From the NCBI RefSeq assembly GCF_009914755.1, contig NC_060925.1: a stretch of DNA of 64,000 bases, one strand, 5' to 3'. A program made the position numbers and the translations under genes. Numbering within the stretch: position 1 is the stretch's first letter; each line of letters starts with the position of its first letter. The notes beneath the pieces were generated by a model. That model was not told the DNA's origin, did no database searches, and saw nothing but the letters and a program-made list of their open reading frames with translations. The DNA is from the human T2T-CHM13v2.0 reference genome, Homo sapiens. This document shows positions 1 to 12,947 of this stretch, piece after piece.

Positions 1-2439
1 ATAAGGAGAGAGCTAATCGGCAAAAGAAAGACATCTCAAATCAAATACATTCTGGTGCTTTTCTATACAGACTTTTTATTTTACCCATTTGTCAGAGAAT
101 ATTAACAGAAAGGATTTCCCAACTCCTGCTATAGCGGTTTTCTTCCTGTCCTTCCTCCAACCCACTCACGAAGTCTTTCTATTGTTCTTTATTAGGTGCT
201 AAAGACATCTGTCCCCGTTACTAGGACAACAGTAGAGTAGCAGGAATGAGGATTAAGAGGGAAATCTTGTCACCCTCATGAGCCGGGCCCCTTAAACAAA
301 GAAGCCTTCAACTGAGAAGTCTCTGGTTTTCAACTTTTATTGGATTCTACCTCCTTTACTCACTCCTCCTGCACTCAATCTTCTGTGAGAGAATGCATAT
401 GATGAGGTCATTAGAACAGTAATACAGTAAGAGCCCAAACTCATGAGGGACTGCCACTGTGTTAAGATGGAGCCATGCCTTCTAATAATCAAACTCTCTC
501 CCTCATCTAGAATGGATACCAGGGTCTGAACAAATGTGAGGCTTCTCAACTCCCCAAATCACAATAAGTGGCTGACGTGCTGTGGCTGGGCCTACCCTAC
601 ATGGAAACACAGACATCAGGCTGTAGGACAGGAATGGCCTAAGACTTGACATTGGACATTGAGTTGGAATTCATATCTGTCCTTATTTCTTAATGTGCTT
701 GTAGTCAAGTCACTTTATCCCAAGGCTTAGATAAGGTGTTCTTGTGTGTGAAATGGAATACATACTTCTCAGCATTGTCTTCCATAAGCAGAAAAACTTG
801 GTACATAGGAGGTGCTAGAAAAGGATAAATGTCGAGAATGTTTGTTGAAATCTCAATGTTTTTCCAGACGGCAGATTCAAAGGGTTGTGTGCTTGAGGGC
901 TATGCTGGTAGAACAGCTGGGTGGATGCCAGTATCTTTTTCTCAATTTCTATCCATACATTCTGGGCTCCCTGTGGACCCAGCTAATGTTAGTGTATTAT
1001 TCACATAAGCATCATTTATTGGATAAAAACAATGTGCATTAATTTGAAGCAAAAAATAATTAAGAATTGAGGGAGAGGAGAAATGTGTCATATGACAGTC
1101 AAGTTTATTTTTTACAACTATTTTCTTATGATTTCCAAAATTAGGCTCATCTCTCTCATAATAGTCTATCAGTTAAAAAGAAAGCATTTCAGAGGTTATC
1201 TGCTCTGAAGCCGTAACAGGAGGATGGAAAAACTGTGGCCCAGGAAAGTCGCATGCTTCTCCAAAATTGACACCTACTTAGAAGCAAAACTTGGACTGAA
1301 ACCCAATAATCTTGATTCCCAGTTTCATGCTCTTTCAATCTACTCTACCACTTATGATAGTGGGAAGCAGAGACTATATTTTAAACTGGAAAGAACCTTG
1401 GAGTTTACACAAAACATAAAATTCAGAACCATTTATTAAACATAACATCCTTATGAAGTAGATCGTATCTGCAGTTTACAGATAAGTGGAATACTCAGAT
1501 GGGCTGAGTAACTTACCTGAGATCACAAAAAGTGGTAGTTGAGATTTGAACCCAGGTAGTCTGACTCGAAATCCCAGGCCTTTAACCACTCCTCAACTAT
1601 GATTTTAGCAGCTTCTATTACCTACTAATGAAGGAGGCAACATGATATACTGGAAAGGACTTAGAATTAGAGTTAGATGACCCTTACTTTCTGCTACACA
1701 CTAGCTCCTCACAAGAAATTATTTCTAAGGTGATGCGGGCAGATAGTTAATGATTATTTTATTACCACTTTCTCTAGTCTGGTTAACAGTGTTTACCTCT
1801 GTCCTGATAGGCTGTAAAGAACACAGTAGGGTCTACATATTTCAGTTTCACCATTGTATTTCCAGCATCTAAGATATATAGCTTGAAAAATGGTAGACAC
1901 ACAACAAATAAACATTTTATTGAATGGAAGGGAGCCTCAGTAAGTCACTTCCTCTGCCTTGGCCTCACAACTTCCATTCATAAAATTAAAAAGCTGTGCA
2001 TGATCTGCAAGATGACTGCCCAGCTCTGAGATTCTCTAACATTTAATTCCGAAATGCCAAGAGAGACAGTGTGAGTTCCACTGTTTTGGAATGTCTAGAT
2101 ACATGAAACTACTTAAAGACAGTAGCACTTGAGTTTCTAGCAAACTAAAGCCATGATGATAAGATATTTGTAAGCAGAGGAAGCCAGAACTCAGGTGGAA
2201 TCTGGGGAACTTTGGAGGGAGATGAACTTGGAAGGGCCTATAAGACTAAAAGGTGTCCCAGTGAATTGGTCAGCTTGGATTCACAACCTCAGACTGTGTG
2301 GATTTACCATCAATAGGCAATGCCCGTGGGCTGCAGTGATCAGCAACATCCTAATGAGAATGTGGATAAATCAATAATTAGGGTCTGAGCTAAATTAGCA
2401 AAATACAGCAACATAACTATTATCCATTCAGTGTTCATT

Positions 2440-3000
2440 ATATATCATCCTTTCTTCTGAACTCCAAGCTCATATACTTAACTGATCACTGGACATTTCC
2501 ACATGGATGTCACGCTGACACCTCAAGCTCACTCAATGTACCAAAGCTGAATTCAACATCTTTTGGCTCTCAATTTCATTGTTTCTCCAATGTACCCTAT
2601 ATCAAAGTTCATAATCCAAACAAAAATCCTGGAGGCATCCTAGACCTCTCTCAATCCCTTTCCATCAAAACATATTGATTTCACCTCCTTTTTAATCTCT
2701 CCAACTTCCTTCTTTCCCCTATCGCCACCCCATAGACCCAGCTTGGGCCCTCATAACTGTTTGTTTTTGTAACTCTCTCTTAAATGATCTTTTGGAGTCT
2801 AACATTGGTTGTTCAAATTTGGTGTCTCCACACTACACCCCAAGTGTTCCCTCTAAGATTAAAATCTGGTCAGGTCCCTCCCTGCATAAAGCCTGTTCAT
2901 GCCTCCTTTGCTTATAGGCTTATGTCCAAACTTCTTATCTTGCCATTCACCATTTGGCCACTGCCTGCCTCCCTAGCTTCATTCATCAGTAGTCTCCTAT
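2440..3000 (+). mobile_element. L2 LINE fragment (ancient, degenerate)
   Basis: L2-like phrases (ttctgaactcca..., tggacatttccacatggatgtc..., cacctcaagctc, aaaatctggtcaggtccctcccctgcataaa); boundaries approximate. Confidence 0.6.
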
Positions 3001-3162
3001 TTGTCTCAAATGTTCCATCCAGCCCCAACTCCCTTTTCCACAGGTCTGCAGGTCTATAATGCTGGGGGTGACAGTCCATGGTTCTGACTCATCTAGCAGT
3101 AGCTGCTAGAGTTTTCTCTACCACTGGGATGCTGAGCTCTTGTCTCTATAACTGGAACATAT

Positions 3163-3217
3163 AGATGGATGGATGGATGGATGGATGGATGGATGGATGG
3201 ATGGATAGATGGATGGA
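3163..3217. repeat. (GATG)n tetranucleotide microsatellite
   Basis: About 13 near-perfect GATG/GGAT units. Confidence 0.95.
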
Positions 3218-3969
3218 GAAAAGGAAAACCAGGGAGAAATGTGTGCACTCTAGGTAGTTCCTTAGACTTACACTTTTGAAATGGAGCAGAATGGTTTTCA
3301 GGGGCATTCAAGACTCACCAAATCTGAAAGAGAAAAAAAAGCCACACGAGGAGTCACAGATCTGAAGAGTGTGAACATAGACAGCCCTGGGTTAGAGTGT
3401 GGTAGCACAAGGTATCAGCTTACTGCTGCAAGGGACACTATAGAGAAAGTTTCAACACAAATAGATGGAAGAGTCAAGTTTGGCTGACAAAAAGTTGGGA
3501 GGGAGAAAGACAGAAAGACCCAGAATTCATGTTGTGCTGCGTGAAGAGCAGTGAGCAAAAAGTTAAACCACATTGCCAGCGGCATAGGCTAACACACATC
3601 ACTTAACCTCTCTAATCTATTTGAGTCATTTACTCTATTTCTCATCTTGTCTTCTCTATTGAAAGAGAGGAGCTGAAATTATGTGCTTTCTAGGGTGGTT
3701 GTTTGAGTATAATAAGATAATGATATGAAATGCTTTGTGAGTTGTCAAGTGCTGTAAATACATGGGTTCTGACCATTGTTAAGAAATAGGAGAGGAGAAA
3801 CATTGCTGTTTAACCTGTGTCCTTCTTTGGGACTCTGTGAGAGCACAGAATGCATTGCTGACTTGTAGTGCAGACCTTCAGTACTTGTCACTGTACCTGA
3901 CATATAGTGGGCACTCAACAATGTCTCCTTAATGATAAAATGACATTAAAACAGGAGGAGAGACATTTT

Positions 3970-4185
3970 CATGAAGAGGCTTTGGAATGAGACCAACCTG
4001 GATTTGAATCCTGCTATGCCACTTCCTACCTATGTGACCTTAGGCAAGTTACTTAACCTCTCTGAGTCTCGCTGTTCTCAACTGGCAAGACAAGCAGAGC
4101 TGCTCAGCTCAGAAGGTTGTTGTTGAGGATTGCACTAATTAATGTTATAGCAAGGGAGCTCCTGAACACATAGCAGGTGTCTTAA
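3970..4185 (+). mobile_element. MIR SINE
   Basis: MIR core: cctggatttgaatcctgct...tgtgaccttaggcaagttacttaacctctctgagtctc. Confidence 0.8.
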
Positions 4186-6347
4186 AGTGACCCTTGTGTT
4201 AAAGAATAAGGAAGATCCTCAAGCATCAGTGATTAAAGGGGTAAGAGAGGAAATTAGTGGTCCAGTGAAGAAAATTGTGATGGTATTGCTGACAATCACT
4301 TCATTTTGAACTGTGCCAGGGACATAATTGGTATAACTCAATTTCCTATCTGTTGGGAGTGTGGTGTGAGCTTCAGATGAAACGAGGGCTCATATTGACA
4401 ACAGAGAATGAGAAGGCATTTGGAAGAATAAAAAGAATGCAGACCTGAGCTGTCTCACCCTCCACCCCCTGCCTCAGTCTTCTCTTCTACAAAATGCGGA
4501 GAAGAACTAGATAATCCGAAAAGCCCCTTCTGGATATAAAACTCTGCATATCAAGAAGAAACATAATGGTGGGCTGAGTTCAGTGGACTTGAACTAGAAA
4601 CTTTTCTATTCTTTTGGCAGATGAAACTGTGTGTTGGTTTAAATACCATTGAGAGGTTAACTAACATCACTGAGAGCCTGTTTTCTCATTTGTAACAGGG
4701 GAATATTACTGCCTAGCTTGCAGGATTGCTGCAAGGGTTAAATGAGGTGATAGGCATCTAATGATGGGCACAAGATAGGCTCTTATTGAATACTCAAAAT
4801 ATTATTATTCTCTATCTTTTTCTCACTACCTTTCCCAAATTCAGCTAGGTCTTTCAGCCTCTCTGTTATATGGCCATTGTAATAGGCTTCTAACTGGCAT
4901 CCCAGCCTAGCACCTATAGATGCATTTGCTCATCAATGAAGTGAAAAGAGGAAAAGGACCCTTTCCACCCCTTCAGCCCACCTTCCACTGGGCTGCCAGA
5001 ATTAACCTCAAAAGCACAGTTCTGATCTTATCAGTCTGCTGGTCAAAAGACTTTCATTGTTTTTCATTACCCTGAAACACTGACCACATCTCTTAGCCCA
5101 CAATTTAAGGCCCTCCCAGACCTTAGCCTACCTCAGTAGTCTCATTTCGCCACTTCTTGGAACAACCCATTTCCCAGCTGAATCAAAATCAACTGCAAGC
5201 TCATTTTTTCTACCACCCCCATGCCACCAATAACATCCTTCAATGGAAAAGAATTATGTCTGCTTTGGAATACTGAGAGCCACACAAGGAAGTTTCACCA
5301 CAGTGCAGTCCAAATCAGAATGTGCTACATCAAAGTGGAAACATTTCTGCATTATTTGTTTTTCTCCTGAAATCAATATTCCCTCAGTAACAAATTCAGC
5401 AGGGATGCCTCCATTCCCTGGTCTTCGGGCTTCCCTTAACAGAACAATGTGTAACTTTCCCCATTTCTCTGGCTCTAATGGGGGCTGTCAGGTATCCTCC
5501 TCCTGGAATCCTGGCAAAGGATGCATAAATCCAACGGGAAGATTTGCATGACTGTCACATTTTCATTCTAATCAGCAGCCCCTTCCCCCACCTTCTCTGT
5601 ACTTAAGAGGCCAGAGATACTCCAATCCCCTCTCCTGAGCTTCCCTCGTGCCTAAGAGGACCTCTGGCCTCTGCTTCCTCACCCACCCCCATCCCAGGAG
5701 GTTGCAGCCCCTCATTATATAAGGAGGCTCCTGCTAGGAGGTTCATTTCATCTATCAGTGCTGAGTTTCACCTCTGACCTTAGGCTTCCTTGGGGTTATA
5801 ATGTGCCCTGCCTCCCTCCCCGTCCTGGGTCAATTCTATAGATTTTTTTCTGCTGCCAAGAGCAGCTTCCAGGGACAGGAGAGATTGCCTGCCTCAGCTC
5901 AGAGTGAGACACTGAGGAGAAATGGGCCTTTTAACAACTGCAGTTCAGTGATGAGAAAGCGATGGGACTCCATCACCATCACTCAGACCCTCCTCCAAGC
6001 CCTTTGCACTTACCAGGTGAAACGGAAAACATTTTGATTAGACCTAACTGGATGATAGATACGGCAGTCCGGCCCATACAGACACTAAATCCATTTCCTG
6101 CTGCAGATGAATGGGCAGGCGGCCTGCAGCCTGATCAAAATTTTCTTTGGCTAGAAGCGGAAATGAAGGCCCCTGTGCCATCACCCACTGAACTCCTCAC
6201 AATAGCTATTTATTCAGCTTCTATGAGAGGATCCTGTCCTCTGCCTAGGGTCCTCATATTGTATTTGCAACGGTGATGTGTGCCGGTGCTCGTTATTTCA
6301 TAATATTGTGGAATCAGAGCTGTAAAAATGACTTTGAGGGTCATTAA

Positions 6348-6515
6348 GTCAGTCGGGTTCAATTTGCTTTTGTTTTATAGCAGCAGAACCATTTTTTGCA
6401 AATAACATCCTACATGGTAGCTCAATACAGGAAATGGACAAAAATGGAGTTTCTCTGGATAAGTAATCTTCTTCAGAAATGTGGGGTTCCAGAAAAAGCC
6501 CTTTGAAATGCAATG
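6348..6515. mobile_element. hAT-Charlie DNA transposon relic (MER102-like)
   Basis: cagtc...gcagcagaaccatttttt...tttgaaatgcaatg resembles a Charlie-family MITE; subfamily uncertain. Confidence 0.45.
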
Positions 6516-6794
6516 ATTCATTTTAATCATGAAGTATCTATAAGCATCTGTGCTGCCACAGCCAGATATGTGATCACTAGCTTAATTAGTTCTAATGATG
6601 AGAAGCTCATTACATTACAAATAATATCATTCCACTAACAAAGGACAAGTCATGTAACCTCAATGGACCTCAGGATCCTCATCTAGAAATAAGAGAAAAT
6701 AATAGCAACTACCTGCTAGAAGGAAACGATGAAACACCATGTGTGAAATGCTTAAAACTCATGAATTCTGTGGCCACACTGGCGAAGCAAGCTA

Positions 6795-6990
6795 CAGGTA
6801 TAAGTGAAAGGACTAAACTTAGAGTCAGATTGCAATTCAAACTTGACTCCACCATCTATTAGCTGTTTGACTTTGGGCTACTTACCTAACCTCTCTGTGC
6901 CTCAACTGTATGGTCCATTTTATCATATGACTCATTGGGTTGCTGCCAAGCTTAAATACATGATAGAAAAGGTACTTTATAAAGCATAAG
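6795..6990 (+). mobile_element. MIR SINE
   Basis: agtcagattgcaattcaaac...tattagctgtttgactttgggctacttacctaacctctctgtgcctca. Confidence 0.7.
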
Positions 6991-7003
6991 AAATGATTAT
7001 GGG

Positions 7004-7323
<320 letters not shown>

Positions 7324-7534
7324 GATGGTTTTAATGAATAGGGTGCACATAGGAAGCCAGCTTCAGCCACCTTGACCTTGGTGGGAGATTGTCAATTACC
7401 ACTTCAAGATCAAAAAATGCCTGAGCCACCTGGGAAAGACAATCCTTGGAGGTTTATTTCAGTGCTGTGGATCCCAGTAATGTGTCACAAGGTGGAGGAG
7501 AACCACCTTTGTGCACAGTGCTAGGAGCTTGATA

Positions 7535-8100
7535 TGCAGGAAATTATTCAACTCCTCTGCACTCAGATCAATTCTTGCACTTCCCTGATTTACTCTTTAT
7601 CACAGGGAGGCCAAACCCTGCAAACAACATTCCAAGGTTCTCTTGCCAAAAGACCTCACCTCTGTTCAGTTCAGCTGACAGCAGGCAGTAGAAAGAGACT
7701 GGAAGAAGGGAGGGAAAGAGAAGCTATTTCTCACCTTGCCCCCTTGGCTTGAGCAGTGGCTGCTTCTCCTCCAGGTTCTAGCTCCCAACAGTCAGCCCCT
7801 CAAACCATGATCTGAGCTCCTGCAAGGCAGCCTTACCACTAACTCCGGGTCTTGCCTGACTCCCCTGGGAATGACTATCCTCCAAGGGTCCAGCTCTCAC
7901 CAGGCCCTGATGCCAGGGCTCTTAGCATTGCCTCCTCTCTTTGTACCTGCAGCTCTGGAAGAGGTAGTGGCTTCTTATACTTGCTAATGCTAGGATGACC
8001 TCACCTTCCCTCATTGCTCTGTTGGTCCTTTTGCCATTTTGTGACCAATTATTGAACCAACCAACACGGGACCTATTTTCTCCAAACCCCTGGCAAATAC
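7535..8100 (+). mobile_element. ERVL LTR (LTR33-like)
   Basis: accctgcaaacaacattccaaggttctcttgcc...gttcagctgacagcaggcagtagaaagagactggaag resembles the LTR33 family. Confidence 0.55.
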
Positions 8101-9349
8101 ACCTCCTAACAACTCTAGGAGGTTGTGATTTTTCCTTATTTACCTTTGAATGAGCAGAGTCTCAAAGAAGCTAAATAATGTACTCAAGATTCAAAAAAAT
8201 GAATGACTGAACTGCATCCAAACTCAGCCTTCTAAGTCAGTCACTGCTTTTTCCAACAAACCGCAAGCCAGTAAAGAGACCAGTAAAACAACATGAGGCT
8301 AGAAGTCTCTAAATGCTGGAGAAATTCATGGCTGTAGTTACAAAAAAAAAAGATGATTTTGTTTGAGGTTTCAGTTTTCTTGATGTTGCTAGCAGATGCT
8401 CTATGTTTAAGACTCAAATTTGCTTGTAAAAAGTAGTGATAGAATAAAAAGAAAATTTAAGACTCAGTAGACTCTAGCTTGGGTCTGGCCCTAACTTGGC
8501 TATTAGACTCCAGGTAACACTTTATCCTCCTGTGGCCCTGATTTACCCATCTTTAAAATGAAGTTTTAGAACTCAATAATTCAACATTCTGATGCTGTGA
8601 TTCTAATTATGTGATTTTATACTGACTTTTACTTCACCCTACAATGAGATTTTACACACGTTGGGAAGTTTTTTTGGCACATGAAATGCTAAATTAGAGT
8701 AAATAAATGAAGTCTTTGGCATGCCACTCATGAAAGGTTTTTAGATCCTGGATTAAAATGAACAAAGGAAGACTTGGCAGGATACTTCAAAGAGGTGTCT
8801 GACCCTGATTTAGATTGTCAAGATGTCATTAGGAAGATTGGACTGCTTGGGGCTGACTGTAGTCCATCTGGAAAAGTTTCATGAAAAAGGTGAGCTCAGA
8901 ACACAGCTTTGAGAGAGAAGAGTGTCTGGCTCCCTGCCTCCGCCTGCTGTCCCATCCCCACTTCAGTCTTTGAAAACTTACTCTGACCCTATTCAGAGAA
9001 ATCTGTAAGCCTAAGAGCTTACTGGCACATGACATCAGGATGCTGATCACTCGGACCTTCTTCTTGGCTTGGGCTTGGTTTGAGTATCTGAGCTCCTGGG
9101 TTGCTCCACAGCCTGAGCCCCTGCTCTTCTCTTAGTTCCATGAAATTGCAAACAGTCTGGTTTCCTCAGTGCCTGAGATACTGAAGTACCTGTATCTGAA
9201 TCATCTCCCCACATCCCAGGATGCAAGTCACTGAGCATGAACCAGTGCATAGCGGGGAAAAGCATGTGAGCAGCAATTATTGCTGGTAGCTATTTGAGCC
9301 CTGTCCAAAAGAGAAGTTCTCTAGTTCAACATTTTGACTTGGCTCCTTT

Positions 9350-11140
9350 TATTATTATTATTATTATCATTATTACTATTATTATGATATTTTAAGTTCG
9401 GGGTACATGTGCAGAATGTGCAGGTTTGTTATATAGGTATGCACATACCATGGTGGTTTGCTGCACCCATAAACCCTTCATTTACATTAGGCATTTCTCC
9501 TAATGCTATCCCTCCCCTAGACGCCCACCCCTCGACAGGCCCTGGTGTGTGATGTTCCCCTCCCTGTGTCCATGTGTTCTCATTGCTCAACTCCCACTTA
9601 TGAGTGAGAACATACAGTGTTTGGTTTTCTGTTCTTATGGTAGTTTGCTGAGAATGATGGTTTCCAGCTTCATCCATGTCCCTTCAAAGGACATGAACTC
9701 ATCCTTTTTGTGGCTGCATAGTATTCCATGGTGTATATGTGCCACATTTTCTTTATCCAGTCTATCATTGATGGGCATTTAGGTTGGTTCCAAGTCTTAG
9801 CTATTGTGAACAGTGCCACAATAAACACACGTGTGCATATGTCTTTATAGTAGAATGATTTATAATCCTCTGGGTATATACCCAGTAATGGGATTGCTGG
9901 GTCGAATGGTATTTCTGGTTCTAGATCCTTGAGGAATTGCCACACTGTCTTCCACAATGGTTGAACTAATTTACACTCCCACCAAATGTGTAAAAGCATT
10001 CCTATTTCTCCACATCCTCTCCAGTATCTGTTTTTTCCTGACTTTTTAATGACTGCCATTCTAAGTGGCATGAGATGGTATCTCATTGTGGTTTTGATTT
10101 GCATTTCTCAATAACAGTGATGATGATCTTTTTTTCACGTGTTTGTTGGCTGCATAAATGTCCTCTTTTGTGAAATGTCTGCTCATATCCTCTGCACACT
10201 TTTTGATGGGGTTGTTTGTTTTTCTCTTGTAAATTTGTTTAAATTCCTTGTAGATTCTGGATATTAGCCCTTTGTCAGGTGGATAGATTGTAAAAAATTT
10301 TCTCCGGTTCTGTAGGTTGCCTATTCACTCTGATTACAGTTTCTTTTTGCTGTTCAGAAGCTCTTTAGTTTAATTAGATCCCATTTGTCAATTTTGGCTT
10401 TTGTTGCCATTGCTTTTGGTGTTTTCATCATGAAGTCTTTGCCCATGTCTATGTTCTGAATGGTATTGCCTAGGTTTTCTTCTAGAGTTGTTATGGTTTT
10501 AGGTCTTACGTTTAAGTCTTTAATCCATCTCGAGTTAATTTTTGTATAAGGTGTAAGAAGGGGTACAGTTTCTGTTTTCTGCATATGCCTAGCCAGTTTT
10601 CCCAACCCATTTATTAAATAGGGAATCCTTTCCCAATTTCTTGTTTTTGTCAGGTTTGTCAAAGATCAGATGGTTGTAGGTGTGTGGTGTTATTTCTGAG
10701 GCCTCTGTTCTGTTCTATTGGTCTATATAACTGTTTTGGTACCAGTACCATGCTGTTTTGGTTACTATAGTCTTGTAGTATAGTTTGAAGTTAGGTAGCA
10801 TGATGCCTCCAGCTTTGTCCTTTTTGCTTAGGTTTGTCTTGGCTATGCAGGCTCTTTTTTGGTTCCATATGAAATTTAAAGTAGTTTTTTCTAATCCTGT
10901 GAAGAAAGTCAGTGGTAGCTTGATGAAACTAGCACTGAATCTATGAATTACTTTGGGCAGTGTGGCCATTTTCATGATAATTGATTCTTCCTATCCATGA
11001 GCATGGAATGTTTTTCCATTTGTTTGTGTCCTCCCTCATTTCTTTGAGCAGTGGTTTGTAGTTCTCCTTGAAGAGGTCCTTCATGTCCCTTGTAAGTTGT
11101 ATTCCTGGGTATTTTATTCTCTTTGTAGCAATTGCAAATG
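9350..11140 (-). mobile_element. 5'-truncated L1 (L1PA7/8-like), ORF2 C-terminal part and 3'UTR
   Basis: ORF2-derived ORFs (9670-10104, 10354-10662, 10715-10975); (TTA)n tail; TSD ggctccttt (9341-9349) / ggctcgttt (11141-11149) followed by aa. Confidence 0.95.
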
Positions 11141-12587
11141 GGCTCGTTTAAGGGAACAGATATCTATTTAAAGAAATGGACTCACATTTTTGGCTCATAA
11201 ACCCATGCATGGTTACAACCACTACTTTCAAAGAGTCAAATATGTGAAACAGCCCGGAAAGATCAAAAGGGATTCATAGGCTCAAATATCTCATGACCTT
11301 CTCACTCCCATCTGCAAGAAGGGGCCCTGATAGATTTTGACCATAAGATTCAAGAACTCTCCATTTCATAGCCTAATGATCAGTGGGAGTGAAGGAGGTG
11401 GAAGGAGATGGAAGAAGAACAGACTTCAAACACATTGAATTGTGTTTGAACCTTGGCTCGGTAGATGGCTAAGTGTTGGCCTAGAGTAAGTTCTCCAGCC
11501 TCTCTGAGTCTCAGTTTCCTCATTGGTAAGGTGAGAGGTCAATGTACTCTTCATGCATGCAGAGCCAAGAAGACGCCCATGCCAATCTAGAAAATGTGAT
11601 AGATTATCCCCTGGGGCAGTAACATCACTGGGAATGTAACAAAAAGGAAAATTTCAGATTTACCAGGATTCCTGTAAGGTTAAAAGATCAATGTTAATCT
11701 TTGCAGGGAGATGGGGGAGAGGGGTGTGGAGAGGAGGCAGCTGTTGAGACCCTTAAGAAGCCTGTTGAGCCATACTAGATGAATGCTTTTCTAAGGACGG
11801 TGAGTCTAGGTAACCTCAGAGTTGATATTTTCAGGGAAGTTGGAGTAGGATGGGAATGCAAGTTAAGGGCCAGAGTGAAATGACTGAATTGCACAGGATA
11901 AATCAGGAGCCACTGGCCACTTCTGCCACTGGGTCCTCTTCTTTACTCCTCCGCCATGAAGCCCTAGCCTCTCCTTTAAATCCATCAGCTTGAAGGCCTG
12001 CTCAGGGCATCCTGTTATCTCAGACATGTCTCAGTTGGCCTGACTTGCATATGTAAGCACTTCCTACAGTGCACACGCATAGGAAGCACTGATTTTCTCT
12101 CCAGAAATCCCTATTTTTCTCTTATGCCTAGATGCCTCCCCTGCCTCCTCTAAATTAACCTGTGCTGAGGACATAATGTAGGGAAATGGCAATCCTGTGT
12201 ATATGCCAGAGTCTTCTTCAAAATACTGTGCCTGAAATCATGTGTGCAACTCAACCTTCCTATTAGTAATAATAATAAATGTATATTGAATATTTTAAAA
12301 CGCTGATGAGGAAGTAGAATTAGTCACCTGCTAATATGGTCAGACTCTAAGTACATAGCCATCCGGCATGTATCTAACATTTGTAGAGAAAGGGACCACC
12401 ATTTAGGGATGAGTAAAGTTTAGAGATTTGATCAAAGGCAACAGCTAATAGGGGTAGGTCTAATTTTCCAAACTCCACTCTTTCCACCTCAGTCCAGCAC
12501 AGTAAAAAGAAACTATCGGAAAAGTGGGTCTAAACACAATCAATACATTACACAACTCCAGGGGGTGCTATTCACACTGTGGTCTAC

Positions 12588-12947
12588 TGCTATGGCCTGA
12601 ATGTTTGTGCACTCCCAAAATTCATATGTTGAAATCCTAACCCCTAAAGTGATGATATTGGGTGGTGGGGCCTTTGAGAGGTGATGAGATCATGGGAATG
12701 AAGCCTGATGAATGGGATCAGTGCTCTTATAAAAGAGAGCCCAGAGACTCCCTCTCCTTCTGTCATGTAAGGATACAGCAAAAAGAGAGCTGTGTATGAA
12801 CCAGGAAGTTGGCCTTCACCAGACATTGAATCTGCTGGTGCCTTGATCTTTAACTTCTCAATCTCCAGAACTGTGAGAAGTAAACTTTTGTTGTTTATAA
12901 GCCACCTAGTTTACGGTATTTTTGCTTAGCCCAAACGGACTCAGACA
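12588..12947 (+). mobile_element. MaLR solo LTR (MLT1A-like)
   Basis: TG...CA termini (tgctatggcctgaatgtttgtg ... ggactcagaca); TSD tctac/cctac. Confidence 0.9.
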
